A stretch of 62,079 nt of DNA, filler included, from Jimgerdemannia flammicorona (taxonomy: Eukaryota): the NCBI GenBank assembly GCA_003990765.1. It is 3 parts of 3 records of this genome, joined end to end, with 100 filler letters (N's around TTAATTAATTAA, not from the genome) between each part and the next. Parts side by side here need not be neighbours in the genome. Positions count along the whole stretch, not along the records: positions 1 to 20,631 come from RBNJ01001630.1; 2 more parts are not named here. The stretch is one strand, 5' to 3'. Shown here in pieces: positions 1-12,265 of the stretch. Under the pieces are notes generated by a model. It made no database searches and had not been told where the DNA came from. It saw only the letters and a program-made list of their open reading frames with translations. The position numbers and the translations under genes are program-made. Position 1 is the first letter of the stretch; every line of letters begins with the position of its first letter.

Positions 1-246
1 CTTCTTATAAATACTAAGTCTTATATTGTCTTAATCTCTTCTTTCTCAATTTTCTTATCTATCTTCTCTTTCTTTATCTTCTTTACTCTTTACTATTTTC
101 TTTTCTTTATTAGCTTACTTATAAGTTTCTGATTTCTATAAACTATTTTTCCAGACCTTAAAAAACTAGATACTAATATTATCAGTACAACCTTTCAGCA
201 AAGCACCTTTCTCTAGTACAATTCATGTTACACGAAACTTCAAGTA

Positions 247-2312
247 ATGGTTTTCGACACAATGAGGAGAAAAGGTACTATCAACATGTCTTCAAGCAAG
301 GGTTCTGATGGGCATACTGAGTCAGGGAGAACTGGGGCCTTTGGCTGGCAGAAGGTGGGGAGGGGTTATGGCCTGGGGATGGGGGCCTTTGGAGGGTCGA
401 AGGGTGGAGAGGGCTCTGGAGGCAGACCGGTGTCGGGTGGTAATGGGGGAAGGACTGGCCCCTCCAGCTTTGCTGACAAGGTGAAGGGGAGTGGATGGCC
501 AGCTGGAGACAGGACTGGTGCTGCTGTGGGGAAGGGCAAGGCGAGCCTAGGGAGGGGGGGAGGTCCTCAGGTTGGAGGTATGAGCATAGGGTCTGGAGGA
601 GCTGTGGCTGGGAGTGGGACTGCTGATGGAGGTGTGATAGTGAATCAGGAAAAAAAAAGAGATGTGACAGCTGATGGCCAGGGGGGGCAGGGGTTCCTGA
701 TGTGGGAGGGGGACCTGGCAGATGGTGTAACAGGGCTGGTGGTGGCCCTGTTGCTCAAGAAGTCAATTTCAGAGTTTGCAGTCACCTTGTGCTTCCAGGG
801 CTTGGCGGTGATGGCGAGGATGGTTCTGGGGCTGATTTTGAAGCAAGTGGTGGGGGCAGCCTCGGTGAAGTTCTTGAAGGGCTTGGAGGGGGTTGAGGTG
901 GGTTTTGAGGAAGTGGGCCTACTGGATGAGGCCCTGAAGACTGGAGTTGTGGTTGGAGAGGTGGTGGTACCCATGGTGCGGTACTTGAGGTGGGACCCCA
1001 GAGTGGTGCAGCTTCTGGTGAGAGGGGTGCCCACAGTGACTAAGGAGGAGACTAGGAAGAGAGTGGAGGAGGTGATGGTAGAGTATGGTGACGTGGTGGA
1101 CATTGGATTTCAGGTGTGGGAGGGGACTACATTCAGGACAGGCGATGTCGATGTCAAGATTTGGCTGGCAGGGAAGGAGGCCATGGGGAAGATGAGTGAC
1201 TGGCCCTCAGTGCTGATGTGAGGGGCATTCATCTGTAAGGTGTTGAGGGTGAAAGAGAGTGACGAAGAGGAGGAGGACCTGTTGGAGGTACTGGAGGAGT
1301 TGGGTGGTGCTGTGGAGAGGAGGACGAAAGCCTGGAAGCTTTATGAGAAGTCGACACATCTGGAGGTTGTGGATGGGAAGCGTGTACATACTGATAAGAA
1401 GCAGTGAGAGAGGGCCCAGGGCTGCAAGAGGCAGAGGGAGCTCTTGGCGAGTATGACAGGAGGGAGAAGAGGAAGGTGGATGGGGCTGAGGAGTCTGGAG
1501 GTGTCAAAGCCAGTGTATGGGCTAATGAAGAAGGAAAGGAGGCAGTGGTGACAGAAGAATGGGCTGCAAAGATACTGGGCAAGGATCCCTATGCCGATGG
1601 TACTTTTGAGGTTTAGGAGGAGGAGTCTGATAGCACCCCCCCCCCACTGGTCAGGAGGGGCCCGGTGGGGCAGAGAGTGGCGGCAGAAGATATACAGATG
1701 CAGGGGGCCCAGCGTGTTACCTTTGGGGTCCCAGATGTAGTGAAAGGGGGCCAGGTGGTGGCGGTTGGTGAGGATGAGCTGGTGGATGTCCCTGAGGAGG
1801 CGTGGGATGAGGCTGCCAGTGTAGGTGCTGACACCATGATGCTGGATACCAGGCGGCCAGGGACTCTGGGAGGGAAGGAGGTGGGGAACTTGCTGTGGAT
1901 GAGCAAGGTGATAGATAACCTCGTGGCTGAGGCATTGGGGGAAGTGGACCTGCAGGTAATGCCTGAGGAGCACTGGATGAGTATTCTGCATGGAGATGGA
2001 GTGATGGAGGCACTGGGGGTTGAGATTCTGGCAATCCTCTTGGAGAAGGAGGAATATGAGGTTGATGAGGCGAGGAAGGTAGAGCTGGTAGTGGTTGCAG
2101 GTGAGCAGGCAGCCTACTATTGGGCTGAGCATCGTGGTCTGCAGTTCTGGCAGAAGGCTTGCCTGGAGTATCGTGAGGACTTTGAGGAGAAAGAAGATGG
2201 GGCAATGGTAGAACTTCTGAAAGGGTTGGAGGCACAGGATGCTGGGGAAAGGGAACTAGCTGCTGAGCATGACTTGGACTTGGCGCAGGAGGAGCAGAAT
2301 GTAGACTTGTAG
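247..2312 (+). pseudogene. LINE ORF1 (gag-like), broken by stops and a frameshift
   Basis: ORF pieces 247-1221, 1404-1616 and 1665-2312 align with ORF1 pieces of copy 2 (LLLKKSISEFAVTLCFQGL, YLRWDPRVVQLL, SVGADTMMLD). The TGA at 1219 is shared with copy 2, probably from CGA. No CCHC knuckle seen. Confidence 0.8.
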
Positions 2313-2344
2313 ATGATGGGATCGCTTTTTCAATATTATTTCTT

Positions 2345-5300
2345 ATGAACAGTACAACTAACATTTTCTTGTTGAATGTGAATGGGTTGCAGAGATCTGG
2401 GAGGCATAAAAACATTTTTACTTGGCTCAAGGAATTGGAGGTTGATCTCTTTTTACTATAGGATGTTCGATGTGAGGATGAGGATGATCGTGTGGAGTGG
2501 ACTAGAGAATGGGGAGGGGCTACTGCTTGGTTTGGAAAAGTGGCGATTCTGGTGAGGAAGGGTAGAGAAGACTTGGAGGGAATCAAGAACTGGGGTGATC
2601 ATTTGGTCTGGGGTGATTGGCAGCGGCCGGGGTGGGAGCCAGTGAGGGTTGGCTCTTGCTACTGCCCTGCGGTTAGGGGCAAGAGGACTGTGTGGATTGA
2701 GGAGCTAATGGCGGAGGGTATTCTGTTGGAGGAAGGGGTGGATGTTCTCGGTGGGGACTTTAATATGGTTCGGGATCAGCATCTAGACTGAACTGATGGA
2801 GGGAGGAGTGCAGGGGGAGAAGTGGGGGTCTGGATGCATGGGAGGAGGTGGAGAGGTTGAGTTCCTTAGGGGATATGGGCAGATCTAGGTGGGGTGACAC
2901 CAGGGTCTATACACATTGGGTGAATGGCTTAGGTACAAGGATTGACTGGATTCTGACAGCTGAGTGTTGGGGTTCAGATGTTTGGAAGATGCTGGGGGTG
3001 GAGTGGTGCCCATGGTCTGATCACTGGGGACTATTGGGGCAGGGGCAGTTTGGGGGGAGTGGAGATGGACCTGGACATTGGCACCTTAACTCCTCCCTGC
3101 TGGCTGAGAAGGGGTTGTGGGACTCATGGGCAGAGGACATTCAGGCAAAGATTCTTATTTGGAGGCATGAGGGTTTGTCAGTGAGTGTCCATTGGATAAG
3201 ACTGAAAGAGGCTGCGAGGGTCTATTGGGGAGGGGCTGGTAAAGATGCTGGGAGGTGGAGGAAGGAGCGCATGAGGTGTGCTTCTAGCAGGCTGAGAAGA
3301 CTGCAAATGGATTGGGCGGGTTTACTTGCTTCTGATGGGGTGGAGGATTGGAGGTTAGAGCAGGTTAAATTAGAGATAGTGGAGCTGAAGCAGGTGTTGA
3401 GAGATGAGAAGGAGACTCATATGCATGGTATGGCTGCTAGGCTACAGTGGCAGGGACTTGAGGAGGGTGAGAGGCCTACTAGGTACTTATCAAGACTCCT
3501 TCAAGCTAAGAGGGTGCGACATCGGTGGGAGGAGATCTTAGATGCTGAGGGTGACATGGTGCATGGTACACAACAAATCTTAGAGGTATTGAAGGAGAGA
3601 TGGCAGGGTTTGTGGAGCGAGGGAGAAGGGGGTACTGATGGGGAAGCGATAGCGGATACACTAGGAGAGTGGGGGCTGCCGCAAGTAGATGGACTGGGTG
3701 ACTTGATCTTACCGGTGTAAGGAGAGGAGATCCAGAGTGTCCTTGCAGCCACTAAGCTTGGAATGGTGCCAGGGGAGGATGGGTTACCATGGAACTTCTG
3801 GAAGAAGATGGTAAAGGTCTCTGGTGTTTTGGGTGAGATGGCTGCTCTCTGTGACCATGTCCTTCAGAGTGGTGAGTGGGTTGGAGAGCAGGACCTCGGA
3901 CTGGTGGCCTTATTGTACAAAGATAAGGGGAGGAGGGAAGATTGGAAGAATTGGAGACCAATCATACTGCTGGATATGGACAGGAAGATGGTGACTAAGG
4001 TGATTGTCACAAGGCTGCAGAAAGTTGCCCAACAGGTACTGGGGGAGGAGCAGCAAGGCTTTGTTGGAGGCAGGCTTATAAGAGATGGAACTGTATGGGT
4101 GCATGGTGTCATTGAAGGGGCTCGGGCTTGTGGTCTGGATGGAAGGTTGGTCTTTTTGGACCAGGAGAAGGCCTATGACCACATATGATGGGTATGGCTG
4201 GGCAAGGTGTTAGATTGAATTGGTGTTCTACCAGGATTTCAGACTTCTATGTTGCATTTGCTGGAGAGTAGTCGGGCGGCGCTGATGTGTAATGGTCACC
4301 AAGGTCTGGCATTCCCCTTGGATAGAGGAGTTCCTCAGGGGGACCCTCTGTCCCCTATTCTCTATGCCCTTTTATTAGAGCTATTGATGGATAGGATTTG
4401 CTAGAAGGTGGTAGGGCTTTCTATATATGGTATAGTGTGGAAGGTGGGGGCTTTTGCTGATGATATGGTGGTTAGACTTGGGTCTGTCGCAGACGTCGAG
4501 GCTCTCAAGGAGACAGTGGAATAGTATGAGGTGCACTCAGGGGTGAAGCTCAACTGGCATAAGTGTGAGACAATGGTGCTTGGAAATGGGCTAGTGGGTG
4601 AGAATGTCATTGGAACAATTGTCCCCACAGGTAAGGTGGTGAGATACCTGGGCATCTTCCTGTCTGTATATAGTTCTGTCTTGCCATGAGGGTGGTGGGA
4701 GAGCAGGGTGACCATTTGGGGGGAGGCCCTTCGAGGCTGGGGAGGCCACCGTATCTCTCTGGCAGAGAGGGTGTCGATTCTGAATGTGTACTGGTTCCCC
4801 AAGCTGTGGTACATGGCCTATCACCTAGACTTCCCAGCTTGGGTGGTGAAGAGGCTGACGAAGATGGCAAGAGATTGGATTTGGGCAGAGAGGAGGTCCC
4901 AGATTGGTTGGGATACTCTTGCAATACCGGTGGTCAGGGGGGGTCTTGGCCTTATAGATTTCCCTAAGAGGTTGCACTGCTTGCAGGCCTGGTGGTTGAA
5001 AAGAGCTGCTGAACTGCAGGGTGGGAGTTGGGTACCGCTGCTGCAGAAGGTGTGGGAGATGAGGACCTCCCCTCAAGGGTCCTCCAGAGATCTGCTCTCT
5101 CTGGTAGGGCTGAATAGAAGTAGGAGGCTGCGGTTTAAGGGCTTTTGGTGGGGGGTGGTAGATGGCACCCACCAGATTGGTCTGCGCTGGCATGGCAATG
5201 AGGGAGAGGTAGTGTGGGGGCCTGATATGTGGCAATGGGATAGACTGCTCCTGGGGGGTGCTCCAATTAAAACATTTAATCTTAGAGATGGGGTGGAGTG

Positions 5301-6003
5301 TCAGCAGGGTCTTGGCCAGGATCTTCAGCCAAGTGGCTGGCAGGGGGCAGGGATCGGCGAGGAGTGGGACTGGGCAGATATCTGGTCTTAGAGTGCTGAG
5401 GTGCAGAGATGGCTTCCTCTCAAGTACTGGGTGGTATGGTGGTGAATGCTGTGGAGGAATATTATGCTGAATTTTCACACTGGGCATCTGGTGGATGGTG
5501 GCCATTTTGATTGTAAGGAGTGTTACAATGTAGGACAAGCTGGGGGATTTGTGCAGATGCCAGAACATTGGCTGGGGGAGTGTGAGGTATTGGGGGACTT
5601 TTGGATAGAAATAGGAAATAGACTGGGTGTGGAGCGGAGGCCGGCAGGTAAGGGAGACCGCTGGGAGGACTTGAGATCTCAGCTTGTGGGGGGGGTGGGT
5701 AATAGTTGGCTCACTGTAGGGTGGATGTTGGCAGTGTGGGTGGGGATGGCGGGCCATTGGCTTTTTGTATTTGAGGAGGGGCAGCAGATGGGGTGCCGGG
5801 AGAAGATATTATGGTGGGAGGAGCTGTTGGGAGATCTTTTGACTGGATGGTGGGTGGGCTGGGGTCCTCAGGGTGGATGCTGTCACAGTTTGGTGGCGAG
5901 GATCTGTGAGCAGAGTGGAGGGAGGGTGGAAATGGTATTAGACAAGGTGGTCTTTCATAGAGAAGGGGTAGAGAGGGGGGGCCCCCCTAGGGGGATTGGA
6001 TAG
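2345..6003 (+). pseudogene. LINE ORF2: APE endonuclease, reverse transcriptase and C-terminal Zn-finger, with internal stops and one frameshift near 2810-2845
   Basis: APE motifs NVNG, GGDFN, TRIDWIL, SDH; RT motifs WKNWRPIILL, QQGFVGGR, LDQEKAYD, GVPQGDPLSP, FADD; C-terminal CKEC...EHWLGEC. Confidence 0.95.
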
Positions 6004-6067
6004 GGGGTGGGATCACTGTATTTATATGGGATAGATGGGCGTAATAAAGGAAGGGAGTCCAAGTGAC

Positions 6068-6106
<39 letters not shown>

Positions 6107-6303
6107 CAACCTTTCAGACTTTATTATATTGTTATAATCAGAATAGTTATATTGGAATTATAGAATATATATAATATATAAAGATAGTATATATAAGTAA
6201 AATATCAAGAATAGTTAAAGATAGAATAGTCAAAATTGCAATAAAATAGAGTAGTCAGAATAGTGTATTGATTATAAAGAAGATTTTTTTATGCACTCAA
6301 CTT

Positions 6304-6528
6304 TAGTGCTTTCAATAAATTGAATATATAAAAGATCTAATTTGATTTGATTCAAATCAAAATTTAATTCAAACTCTATTTTTTAAAATATAATAATTCA
6401 ATAAATACATATCATATATTTTTATTAAGTTATTATATTTCTAAAAATAGAGTTCAAATTGGATCTTTAATTTAATTTAAATTTAATTTAATTTAATTTA
6501 AATTGATTTAATTTATTTAGAAGTATTA
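6304..6528. mobile_element. Heavily mutated hAT-type MITE
   Basis: Ends TAGTGCTT...AAGTATTA (degenerate inverted repeat); 8-bp flanking duplication CTCAACTT (6296-6303) / TTCAACTC (6529-6536) differing only by C/T; internal (ATTTA)n. The left end resembles the unmutated end at 40919. Confidence 0.55.
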
Positions 6529-7048
6529 TTCAACTCTAATTTATCTGACTTTTTAGTATAGTAATTTAGTTTAGTTAAGATACTGTTTAATATATATAAT
6601 TGAACTATATATAATATTGATAATACTAATAATACTTATTTAAAAATTAACATTATTTAGTAAAATAAAAAAATATTAAAAATGATATTATATCTATATT
6701 AAAATTTAATTTATTCCTTAAATAATATATGGAAACATCTTTTTAGCAGTGATTTTTTATTGAAAAAATCTGATTTTTTCAAGTTTGCATTTTCTGTTAA
6801 AAATATAACTCAATTTATCTAATTTTATTTTTTATTTTTTTTTTGATAAAATTTTACTCAGAGGTAAAAAAAAGTATAAAAAATCAATAATTAAAAAATT
6901 ATTATGATTTTCAGACTTATGAATTTTTAAAAATTTGAAGCCAAATTTGGCTACATTACCATCTAAGGGATATATTAAAAATATTTTTTGATATATAAAA
7001 AAGTTTTTTATCTAAATAATGAAGTGTAAAAATAATAAGTACAAGGTT

Positions 7049-7190
7049 ACGCGTCCAATGAAATTGCTTTATTGGCTAATGAAATGACGCTAAGGTGATG
7101 GTGTGTAATGTCAATTGACTCTGCCTCTCAGGGGTGGAATTTAAGCATCGGTAACGTGTTTAAACGCGCCTTTTAATTGGAACGAACGCG
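7049..7190 (+). promoter_or_regulatory. MCB-like (ACGCG) cluster and CCAAT boxes upstream of UNG
   Basis: ACGCGT at 7049-7054 followed by CCAAT; ACGCG at 7164-7168 and 7186-7190; all within 200 nt of the UNG ATG. Confidence 0.5.
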
Positions 7191-7244
7191 ATATCACCCC
7201 AATAACATTATCTTCTCGAGGCAAATTTCAGCATTATACACAAT

Positions 7245-8928
7245 ATGACCACCGTGCCCAACCCAAACCCCACCCTCCCCGCCGCCATCGCCGACGCGCC
7301 GGTGCCGACCACTCACATCAACAAGAAACGCCAACTCGACGCGTCCCCCGTAGATGAACCCGCCGCCGGCCCCCCGCCAGCCAAGAGAAAGAAGTTGGAA
7401 GCTACGCCCGCGAAAGCCACGCCGACCATCAAGAGGCAGCAGTCGTTGCTTGGGTGGGCTAAGCCTACTAAGGACGCGACCTCCGATGTGCCTGAGCCGG
7501 AGTCCTCGACCTCCCTGGTCTTGAAAAGGGACGCGACGCTCGAAATAGTGTTCCGCGGGCTGGATGACGAGACAAAGGCCTTGTTAAAACTGGAGAGCGA
7601 CACGATGGAGATTGGGTGGTTGAAGGTGTTGGGACCGGAGTTGAGAAAGGGGTATTTCATCGAGGTTGGTGTTGATTGAATATAGTGTTAGGATGTTCGA
7701 ATTGGCGGGAGTGTATTGATGGATTGTGCGTATACGCCTATTGAGCTTTTATTGACCACATTTTATTTCGCAGCTCAAAAAATTCTTGCAGAAGGAGAGA
7801 GACGGCGGCAAGCAAGTCTTTCCTCCTGGTATATACGCCATATGACTTTTTCTCATCGTTCCTGACCGCACAGGCGGAAGCGAAACGAAATTGAAATATT
7901 TTCCATCACGAACCCTCGCTAGAGAACCAAATTTACAGCTGGTCTGTCTTCACCCCTCTCTCCAACGTCAAGGTCGTTATCCTCGGCCAAGGTAAGTTCC
8001 TCATCCAGGACTTGGCCCCCACTGCGAACATAGCATCATCTCACCCCCCTATTCCCGAACAGACCCCTATCACGACCGCGGCCAAGCGCACGGGCTATGC
8101 TTCTCTGTCCCCAAGGGTGTTCGGTCGCCGCCGTCACTTGTCAATATTTATAAGGCAATGAAGAACGATATCCCGATGTTCACAGAGCCAGGGCACGGGT
8201 AGGTTGATGAGCGGGGTTTGGGGGTAGAGAACGGGGAGTGCACAGGATGGGATTGATTCAGAGGATTATGGGGACTATTTACGCAATTCGAAATTCTTAC
8301 ATGTTAAATCGTGAGAAGCGCGGGATGGTAACATTTCTTCTTTGGACCATAATCATATTTCTCTTCAGTTACCTTGAAGCTTGGGCTAAAGAAGGTGTCT
8401 TGATGCTCAACACGTCGCTGACAGTGCGTGCTCACGAGGCCGCAAGCCACGCGGGGAAGGGATGGGAGAAGTTTACCGGTATGCCTTGTTCCACATACGT
8501 TTACCTGTTGTTTTCATGATTCTTTTTCTTCCACGCAATTGCTAATACTTCCGGATTTGTTTATATTTCAGATGCAATTATCAACTATCTGAATGAGAAA
8601 AAATCCGGCCTCGTCTTTATGCTCTGGGGAAGCCATGCGCAGAAGAAGGGCGCCAAGATCAACAAGAAGGTGGGATCACGGGTGTGCTTGGGTGTGTCAC
8701 TCTCGTACGCCAATTGAGCCAAGGCAAGGCTGTTACTTCATCATATACTAAAACATCATACTGCTTCCTCCGCCTCTGCTCCATTAGAATCACCTGATTC
8801 TCAAAGCTGTGCACCCGTCCCCGCTCTCGGCGCACAAGGGGTTCATGGACTGCAAGCATTGGTCGCAGGCGAACGCATACCTGGAGGAGAAGGGGAAAAC
8901 ACCAGTGAATTGGAAGAGTCTGATTTGA
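7245..8928 (+). CDS. UNG1: Uracil-DNA glycosylase (family 1), 7 exons, 342 aa
   Basis: Exons 7245-7664, 7774-7828, 7923-7991, 8063-8198, 8369-8478, 8572-8669, 8788-8928, all GT-AG, total 1029 nt. Motifs [32 protein letters not shown] and HPSPLS; N-terminal NLS-like PAKRKK and PIP-like QQSLLGW. Confidence 0.97.
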
Positions 8929-10426
8929 AGGGACGGAGGGGATGCGAAGGATCGATGCGCAGAATTTTGTACGATGATGATGCTTTGCCAATCATCCGGC
9001 TGTTTTTTTTGTTTATTATTTTGCTTCCCATTTGCGGACATAGTTTTACTCGATGAGAATGCCGTGGATGGTCATATTACGTAGGTTACTTTGATTATGA
9101 AACATCCAACCTTATTCACAACTTCACCTCCTTTCATATTCTTTGGAGATATTTTGTGTACATACATCATCTATACCGGCAGTTTCTATTTATTGTTCAT
9201 AAAATTTTGCTGACGTGTTTGCGTTCGCCATAATTCGTCATGTCTTTGAGATGGAAGACTGAACCATCTATCCAGGTGAGCCCTGCAGACGTCCTTTACG
9301 CCAGCCATGTCCCTACAAACGCAGTCTGGAGCGTGTGGCAGCGTTCATGTAACAGATGGATATGAAGGACATTATCCAAAAACCGTGGCTTCATTTCTTT
9401 ACCGTTTCCTACGGCAAGTACCCACCACACCCAGTACCCTGGTCGGTTCGCAATCCTTGCGTGCGACCGGTTTCTGGAGCTCTATCGGGCGTTCTCTCGG
9501 TTCATCGACCCCTCGTTCACTTCAAGGACAAACCTTCCAGGCTCTCGATAGCGTCTCCAAAGCGGGTAGCATGGGCCGCACGCGTGCAAGGCGAAGCGCT
9601 GCCATCATCGATTGCGGGCAAGCATAGCGGCGCGTTCGGTGTCATGATGAGTCATCTTCCACGCTCGCAAAGGCAGAAGCTTATTTAGCTGAGAGATCGG
9701 TTTGATCGAGCTGTCCGGAATCGTTGGCGATGCTCGCTGATTGGTCTGCTCGTGATTTGGATGCTGCTTTTCCTGGCTTGTGTTTCAAAATGCATCTACT
9801 TGCTGTAGCATTTGCGGTGAATGAATGCCCAAGATGAAATATCGTGTCGATCGTCCCAGATAAACCATATCGATCGATATTTGACAGCTGTCTCACATAT
9901 AGCGGTTGTCTAAGTTTGCGGGTTCAGGGACCAATAAATTTATTTTTTTTATTACATTCACGATAGAAATAATATTAAATCTAAAATTCTATAGAGAGAT
10001 CGGGCTCCTAGCCCCAAATATAAGACAATGTAACCATCAACCATACAGAACCATTGACAAGAAGCCGACAATCATTCTCTATTTTCTAATCCACTACAAT
10101 GTGATGGTTCCTCTTCCAGACGTCCGGCGTGTAAACCAGAGAACTGTCTCGCTTCTACCTCGAGAGGTTGTCATCAGAATCTATAATCATATTTTCAAAA
10201 CGTTAGCAAAGGGTCAAATTCAAAACTATAAACAAATCCCAAAAGTATCATATCCTCACCTTCATGCACGCTCATATCCGTTTGCATCGCAATGATCTCC
10301 AGCGTAGCCGAACCAGTCCAAAAAGAGTCCAGCTCCAGCTCAATCTGATGCAGCTGCTCGACGGAGTAGAACCTACTCGTGCCCAACTCCACAGCCTCGG
10401 ACGGGCTGCAGCTAATCAAGATAAAA

Positions 10427-11535
10427 CTATCGATCATTACCTGCATCTCCATCCGATGCGCGGCCCTGCACGTCCCAATAAATTTCATCGTAGCCAGCGA
10501 CATTACGTACGCGTAGCGGCGACTCGAACAGATCCCGGGCCGGTAGGCGATTGCGCACGGCGAGTGCCGAAGGTCTTTCGGCCGAGCATGGATTCCAACA
10601 CGCTGCCAGGAGTTCCATGAATCCTTCTAGTGCGTCCGGTATGGTGTCCTCGCACAACCCGTCCGTTCGCCCTCGGATTGCAGCGGTGGCTGTTCCGCGA
10701 GATGACGTCTTCGCGACGAACTGCTATGTGAGAGTTCCAAAACAGTATACGTTCGAGTGCATTATATATGATTGGCCGTCCGAAGACTTCTGGAGGTAGG
10801 TATTGGAGCCTTCTGTAGACGCCGTCACCAGCGTGAGCCTTTTGAATGGATCGGCTGAGGCCGAGGTCAATAATCATTGGGCCGGAGATTTTGAAGACGG
10901 AGTCAAAGACGACGGGGTGGAGGTCGTTGTAGGTGAAGTCGCTGGCGTGGATAACGTAGACGCGATAGGCAAGAGCTTGGGCGATGCCAAGAATGCTGTC
11001 CCAGTCTTTGAGGGATTGGGATTTCGTCTCGAGTTTGCCTTGGGTGACGTGTTCCATGACCATAAAGTATTGGCCAAGTAGATTTTTCGAGAGACCCACC
11101 ATCTTGGCTGTTGTGGGGGCGTGCAAGCTATGCTGTAGGACAAACTGGAGCGAAAAGGAGGGATCAGGAGTGAGGAACGGAAAGAAAGGAACAATGGCCA
11201 ACGACCAGTGAGAGCACTAGACGTCGGGTAGCATTGAAGATTACATCTGTTTCGAGCGCAAAAGATTCTGACGCCAGTACTGCGTCGTCGAGTATCCATC
11301 ATTGAGGTCAACACGCCAACCCTGAGGGTCGAGCGGCCAGACAGTTCCCTTATAGACGGTTGCAAAGCCACCTTAATCATTCAAAGGGATTGTAGATGAG
11401 GGAGTAGGCGAGCTTTTCTACAAACCTCTGGAGACGCGTCTAGGGTGCTTTCGTAGCTCATTCTTGGGTCTGGGTGCATGCACTTGCGGACCCAGACGTC
11501 GTATTGGTCCGCATTACGCAAAAGGGAGTAGGGTT
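10427..11535 (-). pseudogene. Decayed protein kinase (tyrosine kinase-like family) gene
   Basis: GGFATVYKG (11372-11346), YFMVMEH, YNDLH, IIDLGLSRS, YLPPEVF, SNVYCFG and ACWNPCSAERPSA are spread over different frames. The catalytic loop is partly deleted. Boundaries approximate. Confidence 0.75.
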
Positions 11536-12192
11536 TCAAGAGTGCGGCGTACCTTTGTAAGAGTTCGACATGATGGGTGGCTTTCGTCCTCGGTTACATA
11601 TTTCCGTATAGGTTGTATAGAAATGCAGGGTTAGGGGTTACGTACAAATTAGAGCTTCTTTCGAGAGATGAAAAAATAAAGACATCTCCGTTCTTCATTC
11701 TGCTTGTTTCCCAACAAGCTGAGCAATGTGACAAGACCAATCTCCACTCAGCCATCAGTCAACAAACTAGTTGCTATTGAACCTGAAGTCTAACAATAAT
11801 AATAGATAATATAAACAAAATATAATATAATTATATATTTTTTGCTTTATAGGTTTAGATGATTAAAATTTAATTTAATTTGAAATATTTAACTATTTCA
11901 AACTAGAGTTAAAATATAAATAAATATAAATATTTATTAATATAATAAATTTCTAGTATTTTAATCTAAACTATATATTTTAAAGCACTAATATTAATGA
12001 TAATTATTTATATTAAAATATATATTTAATATTTTTATAAAAAAAAATAGAAAATAGTAAATATCTATAATATTTAAATTCATTTGTTGTAATTATTTTT
12101 TGACTCAAAAAACCAAACATACTACATTACTCTTGCAACTATATGACTGGAACACTTCCTTTATATTTCGAGTAAAAAAACCAAAATGAATC

Positions 12193-12265
12193 CGCCCCCA
12201 CTAGGACTCGAACCTAGAACCTCTGCCTTAGGAGGGCAACGCCATATCCATTAGGCTATGAGGGC
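12193..12265 (-). tRNA. tRNA-Arg(CCU), 73 nt, no intron
   Basis: GCCCTCA/TGGGGGC acceptor stem, D-arm TAGCCTAATGGAT, anticodon arm TTGCC-CTCCTAA-GGCAG, T-loop GGTTCGAGTCC; oligo-T Pol III terminator downstream (12174-12180). Confidence 0.97.

Larger units (their letters stand above)
199..6102 (+). mobile_element. Full-length non-LTR retrotransposon (L1/Tx1-type LINE), copy 1, inactivated
   Basis: 15-bp TSD AGTACAACCTTTCAG at 184-198 and 6103-6117; poly(A) tail ~6071-6102 preceded by AATAAA; ORF1 plus ORF2 with APE endonuclease, RT and C-terminal Cys/His motifs. Confidence 0.95.

Noticed and set aside
645..5757. Long antisense ORFs over the LINE (e.g. 1717-2586, 4825-5757)
   Set aside because: Pro/Ser/His/Thr-rich shadows of the C-rich antisense strand, which is naturally poor in stop codons; not preserved as equivalent ORFs in copy 2.
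9250..9900. GC-rich block with several ~100-aa ORFs
   Set aside because: No consistent frame, splice pattern or domain motif found.
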